Under the pieces are notes generated by a model that saw nothing but the letters and a program-made list of their open reading frames with translations, ran no database searches and was not told where the DNA came from. A DNA stretch of 64,000 nt from the NCBI RefSeq assembly GCF_009914755.1, contig NC_060944.1. One strand, written 5' to 3'. This DNA is from the human T2T-CHM13v2.0 reference genome, Homo sapiens. Made by a program: the position numbers and the translations under genes. Numbering within the stretch: position 1 is the first letter of the stretch; every line of letters begins with the position of its first letter. Below are positions 26,601-41,600 of the stretch, piece after piece.

Positions 26601-29600
26601 TTCCAAGAAAATCTAGATAGAAGCAACGTCAGAAACTTTTATGTGATGGATCTACTCAGCTAACAGAGTTGAACCTTTCTTTTGAGAGAGCAGTTTTGCA
26701 ACACTCTTTTTGTGGAATATGCAAGTGGATATTAGGGCAGCTTTGAGGATTTCGTTGGAAACGGGAATACATGTAAAAAGCAGACAGCAGCATTCTCAGA
26801 AACTTCTTTGTGATGTTTGCATTGAAGTCACAGAGTTGAACATTCCCTTTGAGAGAGCAGGTTTGAAACACGCCTTTTGTCATATCTGGAAGTGTCCATT
26901 CGGAGCGCATTCAGGCTTGTGTTGAAAAAGGAAATATCCTCCCATAAAAACTAGACAGAAGCATTCTCAGAAACTTATCTGTGATGTATGTACTCAACTA
27001 ACAGAACTAAACCATCGTTTTGAAGGAGCAGTTTTGAAACACTCTTTTTGCGGAATCTGCAAGTGGATATTTGGCTAGCTGGGAGGATTTCGTTGGAAAC
27101 GGGATTACATACAAAAAGCAGACAGCAGCATTCTCAGAAACTTCTTTGTGATGTTTGCATTCAAGTCACAGAGTTGAACATTCCCTTTCATAGAGCAGGT
27201 TTGAAACACTCTTTTTGTAGTATCTGGATGTGGACATTTGGATCGCTTTCAGGCCTATGGTGAAAAAGGAAATATCTTCCCATGAAAACTAGACAGAAGC
27301 ATTCTCAGAAACTTATTTGTGATGTGTGCCCTCAACTGACAGTGTTGAACCTTTGTTTTGATAGAGCAGTTCTGAAACACACTTTTTGTAAAATCTGCAA
27401 GAGGATATTTGGATAGCTTTGAGGATTTCGTTGGAAACGGGAATGTCTTCATGTAAACTCTGGACAGAAGCATTCTCAGAAACTGCTTTGAGATGTTTCA
27501 ATTGAAGTCCCAGTGTTGAACATTCCCTTTCATAGAGCAGGTTTGAAACACTCTTTTTGTACTATCTGGAAGTGGACATTTGGAGCGCTTTCAGGTCTAC
27601 GGTGAAAAAGGAGATATCTTCCAATAAAAACTAGATAGAAGCAATGTCAGAACTTTTTTCATGATGTATCTACTCAGCAAACAGAGTTGAACCTTTCTTT
27701 TGAGAGAGCAGTTTTGAAACACTCTTTTTGTGGAATATGCAAGTGGGTATTAGGCCAGCTTGGAGGATTTCGTTGGAAACGGGAATACGTATAAAAAGCA
27801 GACAGCAGCATTGTCAGAAACTACTTTGTGATGTTTGCATTCAAGTCACAGAATTGAACACTCCCTTTCACAGAGCAGGTTTGAAACACTCTTTTTGTAG
27901 TGTCTGTAAGTGAACATTTGGATTGCTTTCAGGCCTAAGGTGAAAAAGGAAATATCTTCCCATAAAAACTAGACAGAAGCATTCTCAGAAACTTGTTTGT
28001 GATGTGTGCCCTCTACTGACAGAGTTGAACCTTTCTTTGCAAAGAGCAGTTTTGAAACACTCTTTTTGTAGAATCTGCAAGAGGATATTTGGATAGCTTT
28101 GAGGATTTCTTGGGAAACGGGAATGTCTTCAGATAAACTCTAGACAGAAGCATTCTCAGAAACTTCTTTGGGATGTTTCAATTGAAGTCACAGTGTTGAA
28201 CATTCCCTTTCACAGAGCAGGTTTGAAACACTCTTTTTGTAGTGTCTATAAGTGAACATTTGGCGTGCTTTCAGGCCTAACGTGAAAAAGGAAATATCTT
28301 CCCATAAAAACTAGACAGAAGCATTCTCAGAAACTTGTTCTTGATGTGTCCCCTCTACTGACAGAGTTGAACCTTTCTTTGCAAAGAGCAGCTTTGAAAC
28401 ACTCTTTTTGTAGAATCTGCAAGAGGATATTTGGATAGCTTGGAGGATTTCGTTGGAAACGGGTATGTCTTCAGATAAACTCTAGACAGAAGCATTCTCA
28501 GAAACTTCTTTGGGATGTTGCATTCAAGTCACAGAGTAGAACATTCCCATTCATAGAGCAGATTTGAAACACTCTTTTTGTAGTATCTGGAAGTGGACAT
28601 TTGGAGCGCTTTCAGGCCTATGTTGAAAAAGGAAATATCTTCCCATAAAAACTAGACGGAAGCATTCTCAGAAACTTATTTGTGATGTGTTTGCTCAACT
28701 AACAGGATTGAACCATCGTTTTGAAGGAGCAGTTTTGAAACACTGTTTTCGTGGAATCTGCAAGTGGATATTTGGCTAGCTTTGAGGATTTCGTTGGAAA
28801 CGGGATTACATATAAAAAGGAGACAGCAGCATTCTCAGAAACTTCTTTGTGATGTCTGCATTCAATTCACAGAGTTGAGCATTCCCTTTCATAGAGCAGG
28901 TTGGAAACACTCTTTTTGTAGTATCTGGATGAGGACATTTGGAGCGCTTTCAGGCGTATGGTGAAAAAGGAAATATCTTCCCGTAAAAACTAGACAGAAG
29001 CCTTCTCAGAAGTTTATTTGTGATGTGTGCCCTCAACTAACAGAGTTGAACCTTTCTTTTGATAGAGCAGTTTTGAAACACTCTTTTTGTAAAATCTGCA
29101 AGAGGATATTTGGATAGCTTTGAGGATTTCGTTGCAAACGGGAATGGCTTCATATAAACTCTAGACAGAAGCATTCTCAGAAACTTCGTTGGGATGTTTC
29201 GATTGAAGTCCCAGTGTTGAACATTCCCTTTTATAGAGCAGGTTGGAAACACTCTTTCTGCATTCCCTGGAAGTGGACATTTGGAGCGCTTTCAGGACGA
29301 CGGTGAAAATGGAAATATCTTCCAAGAAAATCTAGATAGAAGCAATGTCAGAAACTTTTATGTGATGGATCTACTCAGCTAACAGAGTTGAACCTTTCTT
29401 TTGAGAGAGCAGTTTTGCAACACTCTTTTTGTGGAATATGCAAGTGGATATTAGGGCAGCTTTGAGGATTTCGTTGGAAACGGGAATACATGTAAAAAGC
29501 AGACAGCAGCATTCTCAGAAACTTCTTTGTGATGTTTGCATTGAAGTCACAGAGTTGAACATTCCCTTTGAGAGAGCAGGTTTGAAACACGCCTCTTGTC

Positions 29601-32600
29601 ATATCTGGAAGTGTCCATTCGGAGCGCATTCAGGTTTGTGTTGAAAAAGGAAATATCCTCCCATAAAAACTAGACAGAAGCATTCTCAGAAACTTATCTG
29701 TGATGTATGTACTCAACTAACAGAACTAAACCATCGTTTTGAAGGAGCAGTTTTGAAACACTCTTTTTGCGGAATCTGCAAGTGGATATTTGGCTAGCTG
29801 GGAGGATTTCGTTGGAAACGGGATTACATACAAAAAGCAGAGAGCAGCATTCTCAGAAACTTCTTTGTGATGTTTGCATTCAAGTCACAGAGTTGAACAT
29901 TCCCTTTCATAGAGCAGGTTTGAAACACTCTTTTTGTAGTATCTGGATGTGGACATTTGGATCGCTTTCAGGCCTATGGTGAAAAAGGAAATATCTTCCC
30001 ATGAAAACTAGACAGAAGCATTCTCAGAAACTTATTTGTGATGTGTGCCCTCAACTGACAGTGTTGAACCTTTGTTTTGATAGAGCAGTTCTGAAACACA
30101 CTTTTTGTAAAATCTGCAAGAGGATATTTGGATAGCTTTGAGGATTTCGTTGGAAACGGGAATGTCTTCATGTAAACTCTGGACAGAAGCATTCTCAGAA
30201 ACTGCTTTGGGATGTTTCAATTGAAGTCCCAGTGTTGAACATTCCCTTTCATAGAGCAGGTTTGAAACACTCTTTTTGTACTATCTGGAAGTGGACATTT
30301 GGAGCGCTTTCAGGTCTACGGTGAAAAAGGAGATATCTTCCAATAAAAACTAGATAGAAGCAATGTCAGAACTTTTTTCATGATGTATCTACTCAGCAAA
30401 CAGAGTTGAACCTTTCTTTTGAGAGAGCAGTTTTGAAACACTCTTTTTGTGGAATATGCAAGTGGGTATTAGGCCAGCTTGGAGGATTTCGTTGGAAACG
30501 GGAATACGTATAAAAAGCAGACAGCAGCATTGTCAGAAACTACTTTGTGATGTTTGCATTCAAGTCACAGAATTGAACACTCCCTTTCACAGAGCAGGTT
30601 TGAAACACTCTTTTTGTAGTGTCTGTAAGTGAACATTTGGATTGCTTTCAGGCCTAAGGTGAAAAAGGAAATATCTTCCCATAAAAACTAGACAGAAGCA
30701 TTCTCAGAAACTTGTTTGTGATGTGTGCCCTCTACTGACAGAGTTGAACCTTTCTTTGCAAAGAGCAGTTTTGAAACACTCTTTTTGTAGAATCTGCAAG
30801 AGGATATTTGGATAGCTTTGAGGATTTCTTGGGAAACGGGAATGTCTTCAGATAAACTCTAGACAGAAGCATTCTCAGAAAGTTCTTTGGGATGTTTCAA
30901 TTGAAGTCACAGTGTTGAACATTCCCTTTCACAGAGCAGGTTTGAAACACTCTTTTTGTAGTGTCTATAAGTGAACATTTGGCGTGCTTTCAGGCCTAAC
31001 GTGAAAAAGGAAATATCTTCCCATAAAAACTAGACAGAAGCATTCTCAGAAACTTGTTCTTGATGTGTCCCCTCTACTGACAGAGTTGAACCTTTCTTTG
31101 CAAAGAGCAGCTTTGAAACACTCTTTTTGTAGAATCTGCAAGAGGATATTTGGATAGCTTGGAGGATTTCGTTGGAAACGGGTATGTCTTCAGATAAACT
31201 CTAGACAGAAGCATTCTCAGAAACTTCTTTGGGATGTTGCATTCAAGTCACAGAGTAGAACATTCCCATTCATAGAGCAGATTTGAAACACTCTTTTTGT
31301 AGTATCTGGAAGTGGACATTTGGAGCGCTTTCAGGCCTATGTTGAAAAAGGAAATATCTTCCCATAAAAACTAGACGGAAGCATTCTCAGAAACTTATTT
31401 GTGATGTGTTTGCTCAACTAACAGGATTGAACCATCGTTTTGAAGGAGCAGTTTTGAAACACTGTTTTCGTGGAATCTGCAAGTGGATATTTGGCTAGCT
31501 TTGAGGATTTCGTTGGAAACGGGATTACATATAAAAAGGAGACAGCAGCATTCTCAGAAACTTCTTTGTGATGTCTGCATTCAATTCACAGAGTTGAGCA
31601 TTCCCTTTCATAGAGCAGGTTGGAAACACTCTTTTTGTAGTATCTGGATGAGGACATTTGGAGCGCTTTCAGGCGTATGGTGAAAAAGGAAATATCTTCC
31701 CGTAAAAACTAGACAGAAGCATTCTCAGAAGTTTATTTGTGATGTGTGCCCTCAACTAACAGAGTTGAACCTTTCTTTTGATAGAGCAGTTTTGAAACAC
31801 TCTTTTTGTAAAATCTGCAAGAGGATATTTGGATAGCTTTGAGGATTTCGTTGCAAACGGGAATGGCTTCATATAAACTCTAGACAGAAGCATTCTCAGA
31901 AACTTCGTTGGGATGTTTCGATTGAAGTCCCAGTGTTGAACATTCCCTTTTATAGAGCAGGTTGGAAACACTCTTTCTGCATTCCCTGGAAGTGGACATT
32001 TGGAGCGCTTTCAGGACGACGGTGAAAATGGAAATATCTTCCAAGAAAATCTAGATAGAAGCAATGTCAGAAACTTTTATGTGATGGATCTACTCAGCTA
32101 ACAGAGTTGAACCTTTCTTTTGAGAGAGCAGTTTTGCAACACTCTTTTTGTGGAATATGCAAGTGGATATTAGGGCAGCTTTGAGGATTTCGTTGGAAAC
32201 GGGAATACATGTAAAAAGCAGACAGCAGCATTCTCAGAAACTTCTTTGTGATGTTTGCATTGAAGTCACAGAGTTGAACATTCCCTTTGAGAGAGCAGGT
32301 TTGAAACACGCCTTTTGTCATATCTGGAAGTGTCCATTCGGAGCGCATTCAGGCTTGTGTTGAAAAAGGAAATATCCTCCCATAAAAACTAGACAGAAGC
32401 ATTCTCAGAAACTTATCTGTGATGTATGTACTCAACTAACAGAACTAAACCATCGTTTTGAAGGAGCAGTTTTGAAACACTCTTTTTGCGGAATCTGCAA
32501 GTGGATATTTGGCTAGCTGGGAGGATTTCGTTGGAAACGGGATTACATACAAAAAGCAGACAGCAGCATTCTCAGAAACTTCTTTGTGATGTTTGCATTC

Positions 32601-32628
32601 AAGTCACAGAGTTGAACATTCCCTTTCA

Positions 32629-35600
32629 TAGAGCAGGTTTGAAACACTCTTTTTGTAGTATCTGGATGTGGACATTTGGATCGCTTTCAGGCCTATGGTG
32701 AAAAAGGAAATATCTTCCCATGAAGACTAGACAGAAGCATTCTCAGAAACTTATTTGTGATGTGTGCCCTCAACTGACAGTGTTGAACCTTTGTTTTGAT
32801 AGAGCAGTTCTGAAACACACTTTTTGTAAAATCTGCAAGAGGATATTTGGATAGCTTTGAGGATTTCGTTGGAAACGGGAATGTCTTCATGTAAACTCTA
32901 GACAGAAGCATTCTCAGAAACTGCTTTGGGATGTTTGAATTGAAGTCCCAGTGTTGAACATTCCCATTCATAGAGCAGGTTTGAAACACTCTTTTTGTAC
33001 TATCTGGAAGTGGACATTTGGAGCGCTTTCAGGTCTACGGTGAAAAAGGAGATATCTTCCAATAAAAACTAGATAGAAGCAATGTCAGAACTTTTTTCAT
33101 GATGTATCTACTCAGCAAACAGAGTTGAACCTTTCTTTTGAGAGAGCAGTTTTGAAACACTCTTTTTGTGGAATATGCAAGTGGGTATTAGGCCAGCTTG
33201 GAGGATTTCGTTGGAAACGGGAATACGTATAAAAAGCAGACAGCAGCATTGTCAGAAACTACTTTGTGATGTTTGCATTCAAGTCACAGAATTGAACACT
33301 CCCTTTCACAGAGCAGGTTTGAAACACTCTTTTTGTAGTGTCTGTAAGTGAACATTTGGATTGCTTTCAGGCCTAAGGTGAAAAAGGAAATATTTTCCCA
33401 TAACAACTAGACAGAAGCATTCTCAGAAACTTGTTTGTGATGTGTGCCCTCTACTGACAGAGTTGAACCTTTCTTTGCAAAGAGCAGTTTTGAAACACTC
33501 TTTTTGTAGAATCTGCAAGAGGATATTTGGATAGCTTTGAGGATTTCTTGGGAAACGGGAATGTCTTCAGATAAACTCTAGACAGAAGCATTCTCAGAAA
33601 CTTCTTTGGGATGTTTCAATTGAAGTCACAGTGTTGAACATTCCCTTTCACAGAGCAGGTTTGAAACACTCTTTTTGTAGTGTCTATAAGTGAACATTTG
33701 GCATGCTTTCAGGCCTAACGTGAAAAAGGAAATATCTTCCCATAAAAACTAGACAGAAGCATTCTCAGAAACTTGTTCTTGATGTGTCCCCTCTACTGAC
33801 AGAGTTGAACCTTTCTTTTCAAAGAGCAGCTTAGAAACACTCTTTTTGTAGAATCTGCAAGAGGATATTTGGATAGCTTGGAGGATTTCGTTGGAAACGG
33901 GTATGTCTTCAGATAAACTCTAGACAGAAGCATTCTCAGAAACTTCTTTGGGATGTTGCATTCAAGTCACAGAGTAGAACATTCCCATTCATAGAGCAGA
34001 TTTGAAACACTCTTTTTGTAGTATCTGGAAGTGGACATTTGGAGCGCTTTCAGGCCTATGTTGAAAAAGGAAATATCTTCCCATAAAAACTAGACGGAAG
34101 CATTCTCAGAAACTTATTTGTGATGTGTTTGCTCAACTAACAGGATTGAACCATCGTTTTGAAGGAGTAGTTTTGAAACACTGTTTTCGTGGAATCTGCA
34201 AGTGGATATTTGGCTAGCTTTGAGGATTTCGTTGGAAACGGGATTACATATAAAAAGGAGACAGCAGCATTCTCAGAAACTTCTTTGTGATGTCTGCATT
34301 CAATTCACAGAGTTGAGCATTCCCTTTCATAGAGCAGGTTGGAAACACTCTTTTTGTAGTATCTGGATGAGGACATTTGGAGCGCTTTCAGGCGTATGGT
34401 GAAAAAGGAAATATCTTCCCGTAAAAACTAGACAGAAGCATTCTCAGAAGTTTATTTGTGATGTGTGCCCTCAACTAACAGAGTTGAACCTTTCTTTTGA
34501 TAGAGCAGTTTTGAAACACTCTTTTTGTAAAATCTGCAAGAGGATATTTGGATAGCTTTGAGGATTTCGTTGCAAACGGGAATGGCTTCATATAAACTCT
34601 AGACAGAAGCATTCTCAGAAACTTCGTTGGGATGTTTCGATTGAAGTCCCAGTGTTGAACATTCCCTTTTATAGAGCAGGTTGGAAACACTCTTTCTGCA
34701 TTCCCTGGAAGTGGACATTTGGAGCGCTTTCAGGACGACGGTGAAAATGGAAATATCTTCCAAGAAAATCTAGATAGAAGCAACGTCAGAAACTTTTATG
34801 TGATGGATCTACTCAGCTAACAGAGTTGAACCTTTCTTTTGAGAGAGCAGTTTTGCAACACTCTTTTTGTGGAATATGCAAGTGGATATTAGGGCAGCTT
34901 TGAGGATTTCGTTGGAAACGGGAATACATGTAAAAAGCAGACAGCAGCATTCTCAGAAACTTCTTTGTGATGTTTGCATTGAAGTCACAGAGTTGAACAT
35001 TCCCTTTGAGAGAGCAGGTTTGAAACACGCCTTTTGTCATATCTGGAAGTGTCCATTCGGAGCGCATTCAGGCTTGTGTTGAAAAAGGAAATATCCTCCC
35101 ATAAAAACTAGACAGAAGCATTCTCAGAAACTTATCTGTGATGTATGTACTCAACTAACAGAACTAAACCATCGTTTTGAAGGAGCAGTTTTGAAACACT
35201 CTTTTTGCGGAATCTGCAAGTGGATATTTGGCTAGCTGGGAGGATTTCGTTGGAAACGGGATTACATACAAAAAGCAGAGAGCAGCATTCTCAGAAACTT
35301 CTTTGTGATGTTTGCATTCAAGTCACAGAGTTGAACATTCCCTTTCATAGAGCAGGTTTGAAACACTCTTTTTGTAGTATCTGGATGTGGACATTTGGAT
35401 CGCTTTCAGGCCTATGGTGAAAAAGGAAATATCTTCCCATGAAGACTAGACAGAAGCATTCTCAGAAACTTATTTGTGATGTGTGCCCTCAACTGACAGT
35501 GTTGAACCTTTGTTTTGATAGAGCAGTTCTGAAACACACTTTTTGTAAAATCTGCAAGAGGATATTTGGATAGCTTTGAGGATTTCGTTGGAAACGGGAA

Positions 35601-38600
35601 TGTCTTCATGTAAACTCTAGACAGAAGCATTCTCAGAAACTGCTTTGGGATGTTTGAATTGAAGTCCCAGTGTTGAACATTCCCATTCATAGAGCAGGTT
35701 TGAAACACTCTTTTTGTACTATCTGGAAGTGGACATTTGGAGCGCTTTCAGGTCTACGGTGAAAAAGGAGATATCTTCCAATAAAAACTAGATAGAAGCA
35801 ATGTCAGAACTTTTTTCATGATGTATCTACTCAGCAAACAGAGTTGAACCTTTCTTTTGAGAGAGCAGTTTTGAAACACTCTTTTTGTGGAATATGCAAG
35901 TGGGTATTAGGCCAGCTTGGAGGATTTCGTTGGAAACGGGAATACGTATAAAAAGCAGACAGCAGCATTGTCAGAAACTACTTTGTGATGTTTGCATTCA
36001 AGTCACAGAATTGAACACTCCCTTTCACAGAGCAGGTTTGAAACACTCTTTTTGTAGTGTCTGTAAGTGAACATTTGGATTGCTTTCAGGCCTAAGGTGA
36101 AAAAGGAAATATTTTCCCATAACAACTAGACAGAAGCATTCTCAGAAACTTGTTTGTGATGTGTGCCCTCTACTGACAGAGTTGAAGCTTTCTTTGCAAA
36201 GAGCAGTTTTGAAACACTCTTTTTGTAGAATCTGCAAGAGGATATTTGGATAGCTTTGAGGATTTCTTGGGAAACGGGAATGTCTTCAGATAAACTCTAG
36301 ACAGAAGCATTCTCAGAAACTTCTTTGGGATGTTTCAATTGAAGTCACAGTGTTGAACATTCCCTTTCACAGAGCAGGTTTGAAACACTCTTTTTGTAGT
36401 GTCTATAAGTGAACATTTGGCATGCTTTCAGGCCTAACGTGAAAAAGGAAATATCTTCCCATAAAAACTAGACAGAAGCATTCTCAGAAACTTGTTCTTG
36501 ATGTGTCCCCTCTACTGACAGAGTTGAACCTTTCTTTTCAAAGAGCAGCTTAGAAACACTCTTTTTGTAGAATCTGCAAGAGGATATTTGGATAGCTTGG
36601 AGGATTTCGTTGGAAACGGGTATGTCTTCAGATAAACTCTAGACAGAAGCATTCTCAGAAACTTCTTTGGGATGTTGCATTCAAGTCACAGAGTAGAACA
36701 TTCCCATTCATAGAGCAGATTTGAAACACTCTTTTTGTAGTATCTGGAAGTGGACATTTGGAGCGCTTTCAGGCCTATGTTGAAAAAGGAAATATCTTCC
36801 CATAAAAACTAGACGGAAGCATTCTCAGAAACTTATTTGTGATGTGTTTGCTCAACTAACAGGATTGAACCATCGTTTTGAAGGAGCAGTTTTGAAACAC
36901 TGTTTTCGTGGAATCTGCAAGTGGATATTTGGCTAGCTTTGAGGATTTCGTTGGAAACGGGATTACATATAAAAAGGAGACAGCAGCATTCTCAGAAACT
37001 TCTTTGTGATGTCTGCATTCAATTCACAGAGTTGAGCATTCCCTTTCATAGAGCAGGTTGGAAACACTCTTTTTGTAGTATCTGGATGAGGACATTTGGA
37101 GCGCTTTCAGGCGTATGGTGAAAAAGGAAATATCTTCCCGTAAAAACTAGACAGAAGCATTCTCAGAAGTTTATTTGTGATGTGTGCCCTCAACTAACAG
37201 AGTTGAACCTTTCTTTTGATAGAGCAGTTTTGAAACACTCTTTTTGTAAAATCTGCAAGAGGATATTTGGATAGCTTTGAGGATTTCGTTGCAAACGGGA
37301 ATGGCTTCATATAAACTCTAGACAGAAGCATTCTCAGAAACTTCGTTGGGATGTTTCGATTGAAGTCCCAGTGTTGAACATTCCCTTTTATAGAGCAGGT
37401 TGGAAACACTCTTTCTGCATTCCCTGGAAGTGGACATTTGGAGCGCTTTCAGGACGACGGTGAAAATGGAAATATCTTCCAAGAAAATCTAGATAGAAGC
37501 AACGTCAGAAACTTTTATGTGATGGATCTACTCAGCTAACAGAGTTGAACCTTTCTTTTGAGAGAGCAGTTTTGCAACACTCTTTTTGTGGAATATGCAA
37601 GTGGATATTAGGGCAGCTTTGAGGATTTCGTTGGAAACGGGAATACATGTAAAAAGCAGACAGCAGCATTCTCAGAAACTTCTTTGTGATGTTTGCATTG
37701 AAGTCACAGAGTTGAACATTCCCTTTGAGAGAGCAGGTTTGAAACACGCCTTTTGTCATATCTGGAAGTGTCCATTCGGAGCGCATTCAGGCTTGTGTTG
37801 AAAAAGGAAATATCCTCCCATAAAAACTAGACAGAAGCATTCTCAGAAACTTATCTGTGATGTATGTACTCAACTAACAGAACTAAACCATCGTTTTGAA
37901 GGAGCAGTTTTGAAACACTCTTTTTGCGGAATCTGCAAGTGGATATTTGGCTAGCTGGGAGGATTTCGTTGGAAACGGGATTACATACAAAAAGCAGACA
38001 GCAGCATTCTCAGAAACTTCTTTGTGATGTTTGCATTCAAGTCACAGAGTTGAACATTCCCTTTCATAGAGCAGGTTTGAAACACTCTTTTTGTAGTATC
38101 TGGATGTGGACATTTGGATCGCTTTCAGGCCTATGGTGAAAAAGGAAATATCTTCCCATGAAGACTAGACAGAAGCATTCTCAGAAACTTATTTGTGATG
38201 TGTGCCCTCAACTGACAGTGTTGAACCTTTGTTTTGATAGAGCAGTTCTGAAACACACTTTTTGTAAAATCTGCAAGAGGATATTTGGATAGCTTTGAGG
38301 ATTTCGTTGGAAACGGGAATGTCTTCATGTAAACTCTAGACAGAAGCATTCTCAGAAACTGCTTTGGGATGTTTCAATTGAAGTCCCAGTGTTGAACATT
38401 CCCATTCATAGAGCAGGTTTGAAACACTCTTTTTGTACTATCTGGAAGTGGACATTTGGAGCGCTTTCAGGTCTACGGTGAAAAAGGAGATATCTTCCAA
38501 TAAAAACTAGATAGAAGCAATGTCAGAACTTTTTTCATGATGTATCTACTCAGCAAACAGAGTTGAACCTTTCTTTTGAGAGAGCAGTTTTGAAACACTC

Positions 38601-41600
38601 TTTTTGTGGAATATGCAAGTGGGTATTAGGCCAGCTTGGAGGATTTCGTTGGAAACGGGAATACGTATAAAAAGCAGACAGCAGCATTGTCAGAAACTAC
38701 TTTGTGATGTTTGCATTCAAGTCACAGAATTGAACACTCCCTTTCACAGAGCAGGTTTGAAACACTCTTTTTGTAGTGTCTGTAAGTGAACATTTGGATT
38801 GCTTTCAGGCCTAAGGTGAAAAAGGAAATATTTTCCCATAAAAACTAGACAGAAGCATTCTCAGAAACTTGTTTGTGATGTGTGCCCTCTACTGACAGAG
38901 TTGAAGCTTTCTTTGCAAAGAGCAGTTTTGAAACACTCTTTTTGTAGAATCTGCAAGAGGATATTTGGATAGCTTTGAGGATTTCTTGGGAAACGGGAAT
39001 GTCTCCAGATAAACTCTAGACAGAAGCATTCTCAGAAACTTCTTTGGGATGTTTCAATTGAAGTCACAGTGTTGAACATTCCCTTTCACAGAGCAGGTTT
39101 GAAACACTCTTTTTGTAGTGTCTATAAGTGAACATTTGGCGTGCTTTCAGGCCTAACGTGAAAAAGGAAATATCTTCCCATAAAAACTAGACAGAAGCAT
39201 TCTCAGAAACTTGTTCTTGATGTGTCCCCTCTACTGACAGAGTTGAACCTTTCTTTGCAAAGAGCAGCTTTGAAACACTCTTTTTGTAGAATCTGCAAGA
39301 GGATATTTGGATAGCTTGGAGGATTTCGTTGGAAACGGGTATGTCTTCAGATAAACTCTAGACAGAAGCATTCTCAGAAACTTCTTTGGGATGTTGCATT
39401 CAAGTCACAGAGTAGAACATTCCCATTCATAGAGCAGATTTGAAACACTCTTTTTGTAGTATCTGGAAGTGGACATTTGGAGCGCTTTCAGGCCTATGTT
39501 GAAAAAGGAAATATCTTCCCATAAAAACTAGACGGAAGCATTCTCAGAAACTTATTTGTGATGTGTTTGCTCAACTAACAGGATTGAACCATCGTTTTGA
39601 AGGAGCAGTTTTGAAACACTGTTTTCGTGGAATCTGCAAGTGGATATTTGGCTAGCTTTGAGGATTTCGTTGGAAACGGGATTACATATAAAAAGGAGAC
39701 AGCAGCATTCTCAGAAACTTCTTTGTGATGTCTGCATTCAATTCACAGAGTTGAGCATTCCCTTTCATAGAGCAGGTTGGAAACACTCTTTTTGTAGTAT
39801 CTGGATGAGGACATTTGGAGCGCTTTCAGGCGTATGGTGAAAAAGGAAATATCTTCCCGTAAAAACTAGACAGAAGCATTCTCAGAAGTTTATTTGTGAT
39901 GTGTGCCCTCAACTAACAGAGTTGAACCTTTCTTTTGATAGAGCAGTTTTGAAACACTCTTTTTGTAAAATCTGCAAGAGGATATTTGGATAGCTTTGAG
40001 GATTTCGTTGCAAACGGGAATGGCTTCATATAAACTCTAGACAGAAGCATTCTCAGAAACTTCGTTGGGATGTTTCGATTGAAGTCCCAGTGTTGAACAT
40101 TCCCTTTTATAGAGCAGGTTGGAAACACTCTTTCTGCATTCCCTGGAAGTGGACATTTGGAGCGCTTTCAGGACGACGGTGAAAATGGAAATATCTTCCA
40201 AGAAAATCTAGATAGAAGCAATGTCAGAAACTTTTATGTGATGGATCTACTCAGCTAACAGAGTTGAACCTTTCTTTTGAGAGAGCAGTTTTGCAACACT
40301 CTTTTTGTGGAATATGCAAGTGGATATTAGGGCAGCTTTGAGGATTTCGTTGGAAACGGGAATACATGTAAAAAGCAGACAGCAGCATTCTCAGAAACTT
40401 CTTTGTGATGTTTGCATTGAAGTCACAGAGTTGAACATTCCCTTTGAGAGAGCAGGTTTGAAACACGCCTCTTGTCATATCTGGAAGTGTCCATTCGGAG
40501 CGCATTCAGGTTTGTGTTGAAAAAGGAAATATCCTCCCATAAAAACTAGACAGAAGCATTCTCAGAAACTTATCTGTGATGTATGTACTCAACTAACAGA
40601 ACTAAACCATCGTTTTGAAGGAGCAGTTTTGAAACACTCTTTTTGCGGAATCTGCAAGTGGATATTTGGCTAGCTGGGAGGATTTCGTTGGAAACGGGAT
40701 TACATACAAAAAGCAGAGAGCAGCATTCTCAGAAACTTCTTTGTGATGTTTGCATTCAAGTCACAGAGTTGAACATTCCCTTTCATAGAGCAGGTTTGAA
40801 ACACTCTTTTTGTAGTATCTGGATGTGGACATTTGGATCGCTTTCAGGCCTATGGTGAAAAAGGAAATATCTTCCCATGAAGACTAGACAGAAGCATTCT
40901 CAGAAACTTATTTGTGATGTGTGCCCTCAACTGACAGTGTTGAACCTTTGTTTTGATAGAGCAGTTCTGAAACACACTTTTTGTGAAATCTGCAAGAGGA
41001 TATTTGGATAGCTTTGAGGATTTCGTTGGAAACGGGAATGTCTTCATGTAAACTCTAGACAGAAGCATTCTCAGAAACTGCTTTGGGATGTTTCAATTGA
41101 AGTCCCAGTGTTGAACATTCCCTTTCATAGAGCAGGTTTGAAACACTCTTTTTGTACTATCTGGAAGTGGACATTTGGAGCGCTTTCAGGTCTACGGTGA
41201 AAAAGGAGATATCTTCCAATAAAAACTAGATAGAAGCAATGTCAGAACTTTTTTCATGATGTATCTACTCAGCAAACAGAGTTGAACCTTTCTTTTGAGA
41301 GAGCAGTTTTGAAACACTCTTTTTGTGGAATATGCAAGTGGGTATTAGGCCAGCTTGGAGGATTTCGTTGGAAACGGGAATACGTATAAAAAGCAGACAG
41401 CAGCATTGTCAGAAACTACTTTGTGATGTTTGCATTCAAGTCACAGAATTGAACACTCCCTTTCACAGAGCAGGTTTGAAACACTCTTTTTGTAGTGTCT
41501 GTAAGTGAACATTTGGATTGCTTTCAGGCCTAAGGTGAAAAAGGAAATATCTTCCCATAAAAACTAGACAGAAGCATTCTCAGAAACTTGTTTGTGATGT

